A DNA stretch of 63,767 bases, filler included, from Choristocarpus tenellus KU-1152 (taxonomy: Eukaryota > Protista > Phaeophyceae), in assembly GCA_964200185.2 (NCBI GenBank). It is 15 parts of 15 records of this genome, joined end to end, with 100 filler letters (N's around TTAATTAATTAA, not from the genome) between each part and the next. Parts side by side here need not be neighbours in the genome. Positions count along the whole stretch, not along the records: positions 10,403 to 15,348 come from CAXNAD020012424.1; positions 15,449 to 19,520 come from CAXNAD020016375.1; positions 19,621 to 24,451 come from CAXNAD020012899.1; 12 more parts are not named here. One strand, written 5' to 3'. Below are positions 10,403 to 24,500 of this stretch, piece by piece. The notes below the pieces were generated by a model, which saw only the letters and a program-made list of their open reading frames with translations, had not been told where the DNA came from and ran no database searches. The translations under genes and the position numbers were made by a program. Position 1 is the stretch's first letter. Every line of letters begins with the position of its first letter.

Positions 10403-13118
10403 CCCCACCCCTGACTCTCATACTCACCCCCTCCACCTCCCGCCTCAAGGTTGTCTCCTCTAATGTCTCCCAGCTCCTGTTCTGCTCTGGTAGCCCTGCT
10501 TGTGACCTCTCTCAGTTTGGCACTAAGGGTTGCACGTTCACATATTATCTCCTCCAAATGTGTCTGCTTTTCAAGGAGCTTGGAGCTCAGGACCTGCTCA
10601 TGACAAGCAACCAAAAAGGGGGGAGGCGTGTTTGGTAATCACAACTATAACTGGGAAGGGGAAGAAGGGGTGTTGAGGAAGGAGGGAGGGGGAGGGGGAG
10701 GGGGATTTCGTTTATCATGTGGTTTTGTCTGTTTTAAATACACAGGGTGTAATGAATAATCTTCCTACATAAATGCATATATGTGTACACACATACTCTG
10801 CAAGTATTTTGGTACAATACATGTAAAGTACATGGATAAAAAGGGTTGGGACTATGGAGAGAAAATAAATCTAAATCACTGTATATAATGTCTATACTAC
10901 AAGGACAGTAGTCCAGACCACATGAATAGTGTTCATCACCAAACAATCTTCTCAATGCCTAATTTCCTTCGAGGGAATACCTGGTCCTGTCTCACAACAA
11001 GCAAAAGACAACACCAACATAATAAAATTAGAGAATATGATTTGTCACAAGCAATCAAAAAAGCAAAGGTGCACAAGTAGTCCATCAAAGCAGCACAACA
11101 ATGGAAGCATGGCACCCAACAGGGAGGCTTTGGCGCAACTCAAAGCCACATCCACTCACTCCACTATTTCTAATAAGGCAAAATGTACCCAACGTTTTTT
11201 TTTATTCAACACTGGAAGTACTGCAGCACCCAAAGCCAGCGAGTACTTGAGAGTACTTTACTGCACACTCAAAACCCTAACACTAACCCTAACACTAACA
11301 CTAATACGCACTCGGGACAATGGACAATCAACCTTAGATGCAAAACTATCAAAAATGTCAGCCAGGAGGATTGCGGATCTCTGTGATCAATTAATCTAAT
11401 CGGTACCCTAATCAAAACTTATCAGTACCCCAATCAAAACTTATTGGTACCCTAATCAAAACTTATTCACAAAGATCGTTACATCCTCCTCCCACATTCT
11501 GATTTCAACTTTTTTCCTATTTATCCCTGAGTTCTTTCTGCAACGCAACACCTCGTCAAACATCAAATACCTCATGCACTGAACACATGCTTTAAATCAA
11601 TCTATTCCATCTATTCAATCAAACCACACTGGAGAAGTTCTGAGTAGATTCAAACCACACCAAACCATACCCACAAAAAAAAAGATGCATTCACTACCCC
11701 AATTACTTTCATTGTTATTAGAAGTAGTGGTACTATTACTGTAACACAGACTTTAGCCCCTGTTCCTCAAGTACAAAACCTGCAGGGGTAGGCATAACAT
11801 ATAACCAACAGTTCAGGGAACTGGGAGGAACCTACAACGGAATTCAACATTGTCAGTGCACTTTGCAATGCTGCAGCAGATCATCACGGTGATTTACACT
11901 TAGTATAATATTAACACTACAGAATGATACACCCCTTGCACTCTTCACACAAACACACACACACACCCCTCTCCTCACCATCTCTATTTACTAATACCAT
12001 GAAAGCATACTGCTCAATCTCATCACTAAAACCTTACCAATTTCCTACAATATAAATATACCGCCAGACCTATTTGGGCAACTCCTTAGCACAGTCAATA
12101 CCCCGTGAGGTATCTCTTTACAAAGCATGTACAAGAATCCATTGCTCTCCTATCATTGCAATGAAGAGATCACATCATTCATCTTAGGGTACAATACTAA
12201 TTACAAACACACACCATCACCAACCTCATCGAATTCAAGTTCTCGGACAAGAAAAAAACACACTTAACACCTGTACACATACACTCCGATTATATAACAC
12301 ATACTCTCAACTACAACACAAACAGCACAACTTTCTCTCCGTTGCTGATGCAGTGAGCACAAAAGTGTATAGAACTAACACAAAAGTGTACACCGCGAGC
12401 ACAAAAGTGCACACACAAATCTCTTTCGTGTCAACACACAACTACCCTACAAGCCACAACCAGAACAAGAAAAAAAAAAAAGTGCAAGTAAGTACACTTC
12501 TACCACACCTGTATCTGATTGGTTGGCGCCTTGGAAGCATCGCTTCGCCGGCTCACCATTTCACGCTCCTTCTCCAGCTCCTTCTCCAATCGTAGGACAG
12601 AGGCTTTGTTCGGAATCAAACGACCAGGCAGACAAACAACCAAAAGGACAACAATGCAAGAAGGTAGGATTAGTGACTGCGATGCATTGCCAGCAAGAGG
12701 GGGAGATCGACCCCTAGATGAGGTAACCACTTGACACAATAGTCCCACGTTAATTTAAAAAAAAACTAAAAGTATTAATAATAACAACTGCAGCAATCAT
12801 AACATAGTAGCAACTGCTGCATTCCATATGAACTCCTTTCATTCCTGTCTTCCCTGACCTGCAACAGAGTGTATCCTCCAGTAAAAAATAGACAATAGAC
12901 AATAAACAATAAAAAATAAACAATAAACACACATGAAACGTACCCATGGATTCTGCTGCCCTCCTGCCTTGCTCTTGGCGCTGCTTCTCCAACAGAGACA
13001 CTGCAGCACGCACACCATTGAGCTCCTGCTGCAACCCTGACACCTGTCCCACAGTGTGCACAATAAATAAAATAATACATGGTCATTGTTAAATCAACCA
13101 TCCCCTTTGCTACCAACC

Positions 13119-13153
<35 letters not shown>

Positions 13154-14999
13154 ATCTGTTCAAACTAAAACCATGAAATTCCTTAACATGACTCAACAAC
13201 AGCAAATGGTACACAGTGTAGGGGTTTCAAATTTACCCCAATAAATGACAGGGAGAGTCCCTTGGAGTCTGAGGGAGATGGCAGGCACCTTCTGCATATT
13301 TTGGTTGTCAATATTTCAGAACTAAACTGCAGCCTCCCTGACAGCAAGTGGATGAGTTATGGCCACTTTATGAGGTATGTCTACTTCATCATTCCTGCTC
13401 ATCGACAATAAGATTCCTTGCATGCCCCCCCCCCTCCCCCCCAACACACACAGTCTCCTCCCCGTCCCCTCCCCTTCTCTCTCACTGCTTCTTGCCTCTT
13501 GCTGTAAGGACTGAACCTGTTGCTGTTCTAGCTCCAGCGATGCCTGCCAGGTATAGACAGAGGCAACAATTACACAAATTTGAACCAATGTATAAATATA
13601 TTTATCATCTTAAGGCAAGAGTGAAAGTCAAATGGTGTGCTGTAGCAACTACCAGGCAGAGCTACAACAGGCTGCAGGGCCCCAGTACATCGTTGAAAAT
13701 CAAGCCAATCAACAGAGGTGCTAGTATAGTACAGTAGTAGTCATTGGTTCATGTCTGGGGGATAGAATGAACTGCTTACAAACAACCTCTCAGAAAACAC
13801 AATACAACAGCAGTAGTACAAAAAATAAGAAACAAGCCATGGATATGCCAATGGGGTCAGCGGATTGAAAAAAAAATGTATTATATACCCCCCCCCCCCC
13901 CCCCCCACCCCCCCCCCCCCCCCCCCCACCACCCCCAACACTCAAACCAACACNNNNNNNNNNACAAGCCATGCTTTTGCCAATCGGGTCAATGGATTGA
14001 AAAAAAAATGTATTATTTCCCCCCCCCCCCCCTTCCCCCCCCTTCTCCCCCCCCCAATAAATTAGTTACCTGAAGTAGTGCCATTTGCTCAATATTCATT
14101 TGTGCAAGACATTCAAAAAGGAGCAATAATCATGTTTGTCTTCTAATTTTAAAACAAAACAAGCACCACTCAAGTACTACAATAGTCCTCACATACAAAA
14201 AAAAGGTAAGGCACAGAGTTTTCTACTCCACATACCATAACAGACACAGCCCCAAGGAAATTACCACTGCAAGCTATGGTGACCAAACGCCTTCCCATAA
14301 AACAAGAGAGCAAAAAAGACACTACTTGTTTGCACACTGAGGGAGATTAAACGATGTGGTGCAGGTTGTAAGTGATAACAGTGCACACAAAGTCGTCACA
14401 CCACATTTACACACAACCCTTCCCTTGCCCCCATGCGCCTGGCGTCCTACCAAGGTCCTCTCTAACACTGTACTGTATCTATTAATAACTTACTCATAGA
14501 AGCAAAGTCATGGGGAGAGCACGGTATGAATGCATAATGCATCTTCCCCCCCCCCCCCACACACCAACCCGCATCCATGCCCCCCTCTCAGTGCCTGATA
14601 GGCAGGGTGTTTATTCACAGTTGTCTAGGATTGCCTCACTACATATCCCTCAATATATTAACCAACACCATCTATCCTACAGGTCAAGCACAAATACCAG
14701 CACACAAGCCATTCTATCATCTATTTCTAATTCTGTCATAAAAACAATGAGTTGAAATAAATTGCAAGGGCTCAAAAGCACTTGAATTGGAGTGCCCTCA
14801 CCCCACCCCCTCCCTCCCTGTCATTGACTAACAAGACGCACATTTGCATACCACATGCCCACAAAGCACAAGCACAAATTCACCCTAAGTCACACCCTCA
14901 GTCACACCCTCAGTCACACCTGACAACTGTGCAGCTCCTCCTGCAAGATGCTCATCTCTCTGTCAGAGGCATGTGCCACATCAATGTTCAAGTTCAAAC
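10403..14999 (-). CDS. Golgin-84 (GOLGA5)-like coiled-coil protein, internal fragment; exons about 14999-14920, 13543-13486, 13043-12944, 12603-12509, 10593-10403
   Basis: GT-AG exons encoding coiled coil. The last three join in phase to ...RLEKELEKEREMVSRRSDASKAPTNQIQ-VLSSKLLEKQTHLEEIICERATLSAKLREV, resembling the golgin-84 L..L...L..KQT.LE....E...L motif. Phase between 13486 and 13043 is unresolved, so an exon may be missed. Confidence 0.6.
11399..11467. repeat. 22-bp tandem repeat x3
   Basis: ggtaccctaatcaaaacttatc / agtaccccaatcaaaacttatt / ggtaccctaatcaaaacttatt. Confidence 0.9.
12355..12412. repeat. 21-bp tandem repeat, about x3
   Basis: CACAAAAGTG core recurring every 21 bp. Confidence 0.75.
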
Positions 15000-15294
15000 C
15001 TGACCTTACCCCACCCTGCATGAACAGGCCCCCCCACAACAAACGCATTGTGTATTGAGTGTTGGGCGATGGACGGCGGGTGGGGTGGGCGGGGGGCATT
15101 GGATTTGATTAGAGAGAACAATGCATTATCTATGTGAAACAGAGAGCATATCAAAATACATCTCTCACAAGAAGTTCCACATGCAGCGACAGAGGAGACA
15201 AGGTTTTCAGCCAGAAAAATGATACCATACACGCCTTCCATTCCCCTCCCACCAAACTCTGTTCAACCACACCACCCAGCAAGCACCCTGCCCT

Positions 15295-15327
<33 letters not shown>

Positions 15328-15447
15328 ACCCCCCCCCCCCCTCCTCTTNNNNNNNNNNNNNNNNNNNNNNNNNNNNNNNNNNNNNNNNNNNNTTAATTAA
15401 TTAANNNNNNNNNNNNNNNNNNNNNNNNNNNNNNNNNNNNNNNNNNN

Positions 15448-15601
15448 NGGGGGTCTACGCCAGGGTGTCCATATGACCCAAAATCAGAAAAAGTGTATTT
15501 ACGTTATCCATCCGACGTATGCAACCAAATCACCCAAAAATCGCTTCATGAGAAAAACGACCCCAATGGACAGCCGCCACCCCCCCCAGATACTTTAAGT
15601 C
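15448..15601 (-). mobile_element. MITE family B copy B1 (truncated by contig start)
   Basis: GGGTCTACGCCAGGGTGTCCAT ... AATGGACAGCCGCCACCCCCCCCAGATACTTT. Confidence 0.88.
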
Positions 15602-15714
15602 CCATCTATTGGATCATGTACAATGCAGTATGCTACCACGTGAATCTGAGAATTACCATAGTACTCCAAAGCATCTGCGAGTGCTAAACCCCCACTTCAC
15701 TCAGGATCACGAAC

Positions 15715-16023
15715 CTTCTCTCTTATGGGAGCATATATCATAGGGAGGACTACAGGAAGCAGGAAAAGGAGCGCAAGTATGCCTGATCGTCCCGAAGTTA
15801 CGCTGAACACGAGGTCAGTCTCGTCAGCCACAATGTACCTTGCCATGTGAGCAACACTATGCACCACACTCATGACTAGAATCAAGCTTCCAAAGTCTTT
15901 GGAATGGCAGAGGTAATATGATACGAGTGTGTGGTTAGCAGATACATCCAGAAAGGTTACACAAACATGCTTCAACATACCAAACAAAACACCACATGTA
16001 GTATGACCATGGTGACTCCACAA
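15715..16023 (-). CDS. Ferric reductase / NADPH oxidase-type transmembrane domain fragment
   Basis: FGSLILVMSVVHSVAHMARY...SGRSGILALLFLLPVVLPM...IREK followed by a GT donor; H-x3-H and G-motif helices typical of FRE/NOX. 5' exon boundary uncertain. Confidence 0.6.
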
Positions 16024-17514
16024 CTCAAAAGCCCGAGCTCGGTTGAGGCGACTGTCAACTGAGTGCCGTACTGTAGTAGTCTTTAGTCTTCCTCTGGATC
16101 ACTCCATTAGTTCAACAATTCTCACAAATGAGGTTGCCATCAATTGCATTTAGCCAAAACATGTCATGTATTTCTAGCTTGTACTGAACTGCATTTAAAC
16201 TATATTGGTCACCCCCCAGCTTGGACCAAACATGTACTTCGTCATGGGTATAAACGTTGTTACGGATAAGTAGCACATTGCTATTTTCTAGATTGTACTT
16301 GCGATTCAAACTGTCACCTCGTATCCCCACGTTCTCTTTGCAGTCACATGCCCTATGTCTGAGCTCCTGTGGGGGGGGGTTAGAATCAAGTGTATGCTGC
16401 AGTTCTACTAGTATGAAATATCATCTTTTGCTCCCTGACACATGCTTCAAGGAGAGCTCTATTTCTTTTTCAATGCGATTATGAACTATCTACCAGGGGT
16501 GTGAACTCACAGGTATGAACGTTGTGGGAAGGCTCAGAAACGACCACACAGCCGAGCCATGAGTTCTGGATGAAGGTGCGTTTGGAGGAAGCCTTAGAGA
16601 GGACCACAAAACATATCGAAGGAAACAATGTGCCTGCAGAAAAGATGGATATCGTCAGTAAAATGACCTCCACCGTCGAAGTCGCACAGATATCCCTGGA
16701 CCCAGGAGAACCGAGGAATGGGTGGGATGGGATCATGAGTGCATGGTTTGATTGATCTCAACTTACTCATATACTCCACGGTATGACGTGACTACATCCT
16801 CATATAAGTCTTTGTGCGTATGTACGATTGGTATTCTTGGGACAGTAGTGTCACAACCACAGCAGGTCAGGATCATCGCTACTGAACTACAGGGTTCCTC
16901 CATCGGCAAGGCTACACGGCTCTGGTCCCATTGGTGTCGATAATATCAAACGACCTGGTGTTCTAAAAAGTGAGGTTCGTAGCAACAGATAGAGGGGCGA
17001 TTTGACTTCAAGGGTCCGTCGTGGTTGTGGGTTCCTAGAGGTGCATATTTGTTTAGTGTCGGGTTCCCAAAAAAATGCCCATTTGCTCGCTGCCGAATAG
17101 ACACCAGAGAGCAAAGTAACCTGAGAAAGGGGTTAAGGTGATACCGTTGACAATCGTTAATATCAAGTTAGTACCAAGTAGTAACGACTGTGTTACATTT
17201 ACTTTACGGTAGGCACCATATTAACCATTTTGCACCTCCAGAAAAGCCGATGTCTCCATGAAACACGTTGCCCTTACACTTGGGACATACCACTTTGAGG
17301 AATACGATGATCGGGAACTTATTCTTGATGGATTGCGGGACTCCCTGGTCCGGTGTCATATCTCATAACCGTCGTTGGATCCAAGTAAGAACGTGAGTAA
17401 TGTTTGATTAGGAGGTTGTCAAGGAAATTGATGTGGTACGTGAGAAGTTGGATGTATTGAATAGTGTATGAGGTGTTTGCTATCGCCAAAATGAGTGTGA
17501 TGCGCTGAAATAGA

Positions 17515-17645
17515 ACAATATCCCCGCCATTTTGTTATGGTGTAAGTGTATATAACAATATCACCACCATTCTGTTGTGGTGTATGTATATATACCTATA
17601 TCACCGCCATCCTGTTGTGATTCTGTTGTGATGTATGTATATAGG
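17515..17645. repeat. About 40-bp tandem repeat x3
   Basis: ATATCACCGCCATTCTGTTGTGGTGTATGTATATA variants. Confidence 0.8.
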
Positions 17646-17999
17646 ATACAGTCAACTGATTGATATATTATAACTTGTGGACAATAATTTCCAACATCGA
17701 ACCAAATGTGTAAACTATTTATTTGGTCCAGTTTACTCTAATATATACTGCATGATAAAAATAACAAGTAATTTGGTTTGGGTTTCCTTCGATTGTTTCG
17801 CTTTCGTAAAATTTCATTTTCGACCATCTTCGAATGTTTTTCCTATGATATTAATCAATACCCTAAATTAATCTTAGTTTGTTCTACAGCCATGTATATC
17901 TATATCCTTCATAAGGAAAAGAAGACTGAGGTTAGCACATGCCATAATATTTTGCGGTCTGCATTTGCGGATGTGTCTGCTAAGAAGGCACACCACTAT

Positions 18000-19520
18000 C
18001 ACAACCACCACTGAAAATGCAACAGTAGTAGTAGTAAAGTTTGGAAATGTGAGAGTTTATGAAGTAATCTGAGTTTTGTGGGCGGAAGAATTCTGGTTGG
18101 TTGGGGGCATAGGACAAGCGTGGGTAGGGGAAAGAAAAAGAAGGAAGCAGGAAGAGAATAAAGAGTTAAGGAAGGGACGAAATGGTAAATGAAAATGAGT
18201 GGTAGATAAAGGGAAGGACAGCAGCCAGTCAGTGATAAAAAGAAAGGAAACCAGGGGTACAAGACGAGGAGGGGAGTGACCAAGGCAACCTCCGAGCAAG
18301 CTTCTCCTGGAAGGGAGAAATGTCCGAGGGGAGGGGCCGGGATGCCTGAGAAGCGGATACGGAAATGGTAAGAAAAGGTCGACAAGGTAAGGGGGCTGGT
18401 GAATGAGACGATGTGTGGATAGGTGTAGGGTAGGTATGTAATACGGGTAGTGAAGGGGGTAGATTCAGACATAATACAAGGGATATCGGAGAAAAATCCA
18501 TAGGACAAGAAATTACGAAAGATAGACCACGATGAAATGGTGGAGTGAAACAAGGGAAAGGGTTGAGGGCCCTGCCAGAGTTACAGTCCAAGAGGGTGAC
18601 GGAAAGTAGGAGTAGAGTGTGCCGTCTATGCCACAAACATGGTTAGCCCATGGAGATCACGAGTAAAAGGGGAAAGTTAATGGTTTGGGGGAGGAGTAGC
18701 GTACCTGCGCTAATCTCGTGTAGTTAGTGCAATTTTAGATATCGCTCGAAAGAGAGGGCCGGGACTGATGCTAGGTTTATACCGATCGGTGGGATCGCGT
18801 GGATTTGTTTTCCGCTGCTTATATCGTTCAACCTAAACCAATAGAGAAAAAGAAAATCAAATGTGTGGGCTCACTGTAGGATGATGTAGAGGGGCCTATT
18901 TCGTTTAAGGGTAATGCGTGGAAGTTACGAGGTTAGTGATGGACTTTTACTAAGCACAGGCTCCATGTGAATCAGTGGTTATGTCATTATGAGTAGCCAC
19001 AGAATTTATGGGTTATAGCTACAAACCGGGAAATAACGTGGCATAGAAAACAAAACAAATAAGAAAACCTACATAGGTATTCCAGAGTACCGAAGGAGGC
19101 CACAGGGAAAGTGGAGATTCTAGGTTGAGTCAAAGCTACGAAATTAAGTACAGATAATGGCAGAGTCCCGGATGGACATGTAGTAGGTGGGAATTTTAGG
19201 TGGGGTGAATGCCTCGAAAGTAAGAACTGGGGATTGGCAGTAGATGTATGTTAAAATAATATATATATATATATGAGATTCAATAGTCGGAAGACAAATG
19301 GACTGGACGAGAACATAACAGAAATATGCGAATAAAGAAGGGCACACTAATATAAACAGGGGGGTAGGGAAATAAATAACTAGACTTCCTACAACACCCT
19401 GTGTACAAATATGGGATAATGGTGTGAAGAAAAGGCTACCGTTAAAGATGGGAGGTTACATCTAAGAAAGAAACAGGGGGGGTATGGCCGTAAATGGAAG
19501 CTTTGTAGGCATCTTTCTTC
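18000..19520 (-). mobile_element. Heavily decayed retroelement relic, possibly Penelope-like
   Basis: Broken minus-strand frames with SFLDVT followed by FIRIFLLCS, echoing PLE RT 'FLD.....R...CS'; many stops. Confidence 0.25.
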
Positions 19521-20439
19521 NNNNNNNNNNNNNNNNNNNNNNNNNNNNNNNNNNNNNNNNNNNNTTAATTAATTAANNNNNNNNNNNNNNNNNNNNNNNN
19601 NNNNNNNNNNNNNNNNNNNNACTGTTGAAATGGTACCGCAAAATCGTGCAGGGGGAGTGGGGGGGGGGGGGGGGGGGGAGTGAAGCGCACAGATTCTTGC
19701 TCGTTGAGGTCGCCACCAATTCTTGCATTGGCAACGTCATACGCGCTAAACAGGTATGACATTCGTTTGTAGACCGTCCTCTCGTGAAGGTACTGTAAAG
19801 GTATAGGGGAGGATTAAGAGGGGGGAGATGGTACGCAAAGAGCATTCGTCATATATTGCAAGAGGCGGAGTTATCAGCAAAAAAAAAGAAAGGGGCAACA
19901 GCCCCTCTCAATAGCACCTCTCAATCAGGGAGAAATGGTCTACAAAATACCACGAGCAGTATTCCTTCAGTCACAAGCCAAAACAAGCACAGAAATCGGT
20001 AAGAAAATGAAGACAATTTGTCCTGACACTATTTTCAATAATATGCTTGTGCCCACAAGGATCCTATTCTAGAAGCACATCAAATATTGCGGTACACGAA
20101 AGACGGAAATCATCCCTCAGAAAAAGCTGTGATTCAAACAAACGACATTGTACTCACAAAAGGTATATCAGTATCAAACTTTTTGTTTCCCATTCCCAGG
20201 CAGATCCAGATCAGGAATGTATGGGCGAGCAGGAAGACCAAGAACATGTTGAAATTGGAAACAGCAAGAGAAAATATATCAAACAGAAAAATCACACAAC
20301 GTCCACCAGACAGGTTATAGAGGATATAACCAGCAGCAGTAAGCCAAGGAAGTAAGGAGAACCACCAACGGTAACAGCAGGCAAAATAAGGTAGACCGGG
20401 ACATGGAGGGAGGGGGAGGGAGAAGGAGGTCATCGTAAG

Positions 20440-20560
20440 GCTGCAAGTTATAGGAACAGGCTTTGACTGCATCAAGAATGGAAGAGAGAGGGTGCTCATG
20501 AATAGTGTGTCCTAATTTGTGACAATGCTCTTGCAAATGGACTTGCTAAGAATTGACTAT
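20440..20560 (-). mobile_element. Possible Penelope-like GIY-YIG C-terminal relic
   Basis: HLQEHCHKLGHTI resembles the 'EH....GH.F' motif of PLE endonucleases; short match only. Confidence 0.2.
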
Positions 20561-21353
20561 CCATCTTTAAATGTCAATCTATTCTAGTGGTCACCCCATC
20601 CTTGAAGTGGTCCTTTCGTTGGAAACCTCAACACACAAAGTTACTATGTGGGGGAAAGAGGGAAGGAGGAAGGGTATTGGGCGAAGGGTTCTCATCTTGT
20701 TCTAAAACAAATTCAATTATAGTTTTAGACCTTGCTCCACCACATAAACCCAGAACCCTTACCCTCCAAATTATTCCGAAAATAGAACAACTCACTCAGT
20801 ACCCATTAGCTTACTCCCCTTTTTCTCTAGCCGCCCCAGAGCCACCAATACCTCACACTGGCAAATTTCCAAACCCAAACCTCAACTCTTAACCGGTACT
20901 TTTTCCCACGTGTCTAGTAATGTGAACTCTTTCCTCTGCAACACTATACTCAATACATGAACAAATGCAACCCACAATAAAATTTACAACTGTATGCGTC
21001 AATATCCCATCCACAGCCCTCCTACGGGACAATGAACTACCCGAAACCATCTCCCATTCTCAAACCCTCAATACATCCACTTCAACACAGGCATCAACTA
21101 CGGGCACTCACTGTTGAGTACACTGCTCTTCTACGCTTGCTACCAAAAAATGGGGGGGCCAACAACCTCTGCTGTATCTCCAATGACCAAGGCTGAGATT
21201 TCAACCAATCTCATATACATTATTTCCAGGCAAAACCACTGCACGCCCATGACCTTCTCTTTATCTCAAACTTTCGCCCATAAAACCATCACCACATTAT
21301 GTTCCTTTATCTGGGTATGTCCACCCCTCTATCCGATAATAACCAATAGAGCA

Positions 21354-21531
21354 GGCTCAATTTATCTGAGGGGCAGGGGCGGCTGTCCATTTGGGGTCCA
21401 TTTTTCCATGTCGTGTTCTTGGGTTATTTGGTTGCATGTGTCGGATGGATAATGTAAGTACACTTATCCTGCTCAAGGCCCAAGTGGACACCCTGGTGTA
21501 GACCACCCCCCCAAAAAAAAACCCGTGAGCC
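21354..21531 (+). mobile_element. MITE family B copy B2 (degenerate right end)
   Basis: GGCTCAATTTATCTGAGGGGCAGGGGCGGCTGTCCATTTGG ... GTGGACACCCTGGTGTAGACC. Confidence 0.85.
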
Positions 21532-24500
21532 AGCATTTTGGCACGATATGGTCGACACTGACAACATTGGTACATATTACTACTCACTCTTATCATTCCC
21601 ACTCCAGCGAATAGAAAAGACACCATTATCTTAATTAGAGAATTCCAGAGCCACCAAAGAGTCCACCAAAGAGTGACAAGTAGAACAGGAGTAGAGGGCA
21701 GGAGTAAGGTGAGGGGGGATAGTTAGGGTGACGAGGGATTAAAAAGATGAGTGCTTCTATTAGTCACCGGATCACATTGTATTCATAATTTTAAAAGAGG
21801 ACAATTGATGAAAAGCTACATACAGAAGGAGGGAATGGGCAAGGGGGTGAAGGGAGGGTGCATTATTGTGATAGGTGGACCATCAAGTTCTTGTCATGCA
21901 CTCATCAGTCATCACATTGAATCAGACAAGAAACAAGCTGGTGCGTGAATCTATCGTAAGTTGAGTGTCATGAGTAATTCCTTCTGTAACCACAGTATCA
22001 TGTGAGTTCGCATAGAACACACTCTATATACTGCATGACCAAGAGAAAAAAAATTGGTGAATAGATATCAAGGTACGTAAGGAGGCTTTATATCGTTCTA
22101 CCATTTACCAGAATGTGCAAAAATGATGACTCATCACAATAGCAGCAGGAACAAAAAGGAAAAAAGGGGAAATTGTTATCAAGCGTATGTGATTTGGAAC
22201 GCACTCGAGTAAGTGGGAAGGATCAACGAGGGGTCGCTGAGAAGGGAGTCATGTGTTATTCTACTGTTACAGAAATTGTCCAATCAACAGCTATGAGTGG
22301 ACAAGATGACGGAAGTACCGACGGACATACACACGGATGTGTCAGCAGACAGGGGATTTCCTTTTCCCATTACAAGAGCAGTAACATTACGTAGTACTAC
22401 TATCGGTTGGACTCTCCTGCCACTGCTGTCAGGCACATCGACGTCGGTACCAGTCCACTATCGCGTCCAAAACCAGCCTTACATGCCACACAGGCAACAC
22501 GGTGTATTAAGACAGACACGGTTGCCTCCAGCACTACACTAATGAGTCATATATTTCATCACTCCATCTTCCCTCTTAGGCACATTATCTACTCGGCAAC
22601 AGTGTGAATGGTTCCCTACCACGATTTTGTCTGGGGTATAAGAACTAGAGTGTCACCTGTGAGTTGAATCAGTCACAGTTTAAAATTATTAGCTGATTGC
22701 TTCTACTTCCAATACTGCAAGCAACCCGAGTACATTTACCTACAGAACAGTTCAAAACTAGTACCCAGCAATATTTGGGTGTGTACTACCAGGTCAAGAG
22801 GTGGCGACGCCTCGGGTGAGACTCCTGGCACGCACTGAATGTGTGACGGTGTCAATAGCCATGAGAATCTACGACTGTCTTTGCCAACAAACCAATGGAA
22901 CAACACACTGGAGTTTCGTCATTGTGCGTCAAACACTTAAGAAGTTCAAAAGGAGTATTATTTAATGACGAAATCGTTGAAGTCCTGGTGCTCGGACCAC
23001 AAGAGGTGTACGTTCATCGATATTACACTCCCATCCTCCAAACGATTGCTTCCATGCTGCGAATGTGATGGTCGTAAAGAGGAAGGATTCGGAAACACTC
23101 AAAGGCTCTACCCCAATGAGCAGGACATTGATGGTGTTACTCCTGCACAACTCTTATCCTATAAGAGCAAACACTATCAAAGGACGATCCTGGAATGTCA
23201 CTGCCTACATACCAGGAGCCCAGATGAAAGTCCAAAGAAAAGCGCACAGCACGTGCGACAGGGGCGCTTGACCTCCGCCTTGAGATAGAACAATACGGAA
23301 CATTCAGGTTTCATCCTGGTCGTCAGTGCTACGAGTGCATGCACTTCAACCGTGAGAATACCTCATACAACACTGGTCCACCCCACGGATGCAATTAGTA
23401 ACGTACAATGCCACTACAAATTCCTCATCATACCCAACATAAGATTGGGAACAATTGTCTACATTAAAAAGACTAACAATAATTCTCTCACACTACAACA
23501 CAAGACTGGGAACAATTTTCTACAATTAAGAAAGAATTACAAGAACCCTATTCCAAATACGAAATCATATCATATAGCATTTATTACTAAATTCATAATT
23601 TAGTACGTACAACCATACAATATATTTATTATTACGCCCTCGGATATTTTGCACAAGTGTCAGGGGGAAGACAGATGAAAACTATATACATGTCGTTATT
23701 AGCCCTAAAGAGATATATATATATATATAAAAGTATCATACTTTCTTTTTTAAGTATTCAGATCATTTCTGCAGCTACAAAGTTGAGAAAAATTAGTGAG
23801 TAAGTCGATCAAGAATGTAGGTATTCTTGTGTTTTACCACCCACAAAATATAAATGGATCTCGATCATAAGTAGAACATAAATCAATTCTAGAATAACAC
23901 CAAAACCTATTGTAGGAAGCAATATAAAAATTCAAAGGAATAATAAAAACTGTGAATCGTGTGAATCTGTGGTGGCGTGGTTCACTCAGGGAAGGGTGGT
24001 AAAGAAAATCACCGGGTAAGACGGACCAGACAAACAAAGACAAACCATAATCGAGGGTACGAGGTTAAGGTTGAACAAGTGCAAATTGAGGAGTGATGAG
24101 CATCATCAAAGATAAGGCTTCATCATCAGTCAAGACGTGAGAATAAAGTGCATTTTCCATGTGTGATAACTCTGAATGACGAGCTGTCCCAAGTCTATGG
24201 GATTGATTAGTCAAATGAAGAGATTCCATGATTAAATTCTGACAGAAAGTCTGTCGGTGAAATCATGGACGCTTGAGTAAGAACCTCAATCGATACAACG
24301 GTATACCCATTACATGGCATACGGCAATAACAGTATAACAACAGACAAACATGCTTTCCACACAACTCTTGATATATGTAATAGGAGGGGTCTGTTGGAT
24401 TCTTGGGATGCTTCCAGGGGCACAGGAATAGGTAGATGGGAAGATAAGGACNNNNNNNNNNNNNNNNNNNNNNNNNNNNNNNNNNNNNNNNNNNNTTAAT

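Noticed and set aside
13835-14060. Near-duplicated sequence on both sides of a 10-N gap (also 42960-43160 and 48540-48660)
   Set aside because: Scaffolding artefact: overlapping low-quality read ends around poly-C tracts.
22861-23290. NGTTHWSFVIV and FNDEIVE, suggestive of a Ulp1 protease
   Set aside because: The motifs are in different frames and the wrong order; too weak to call.
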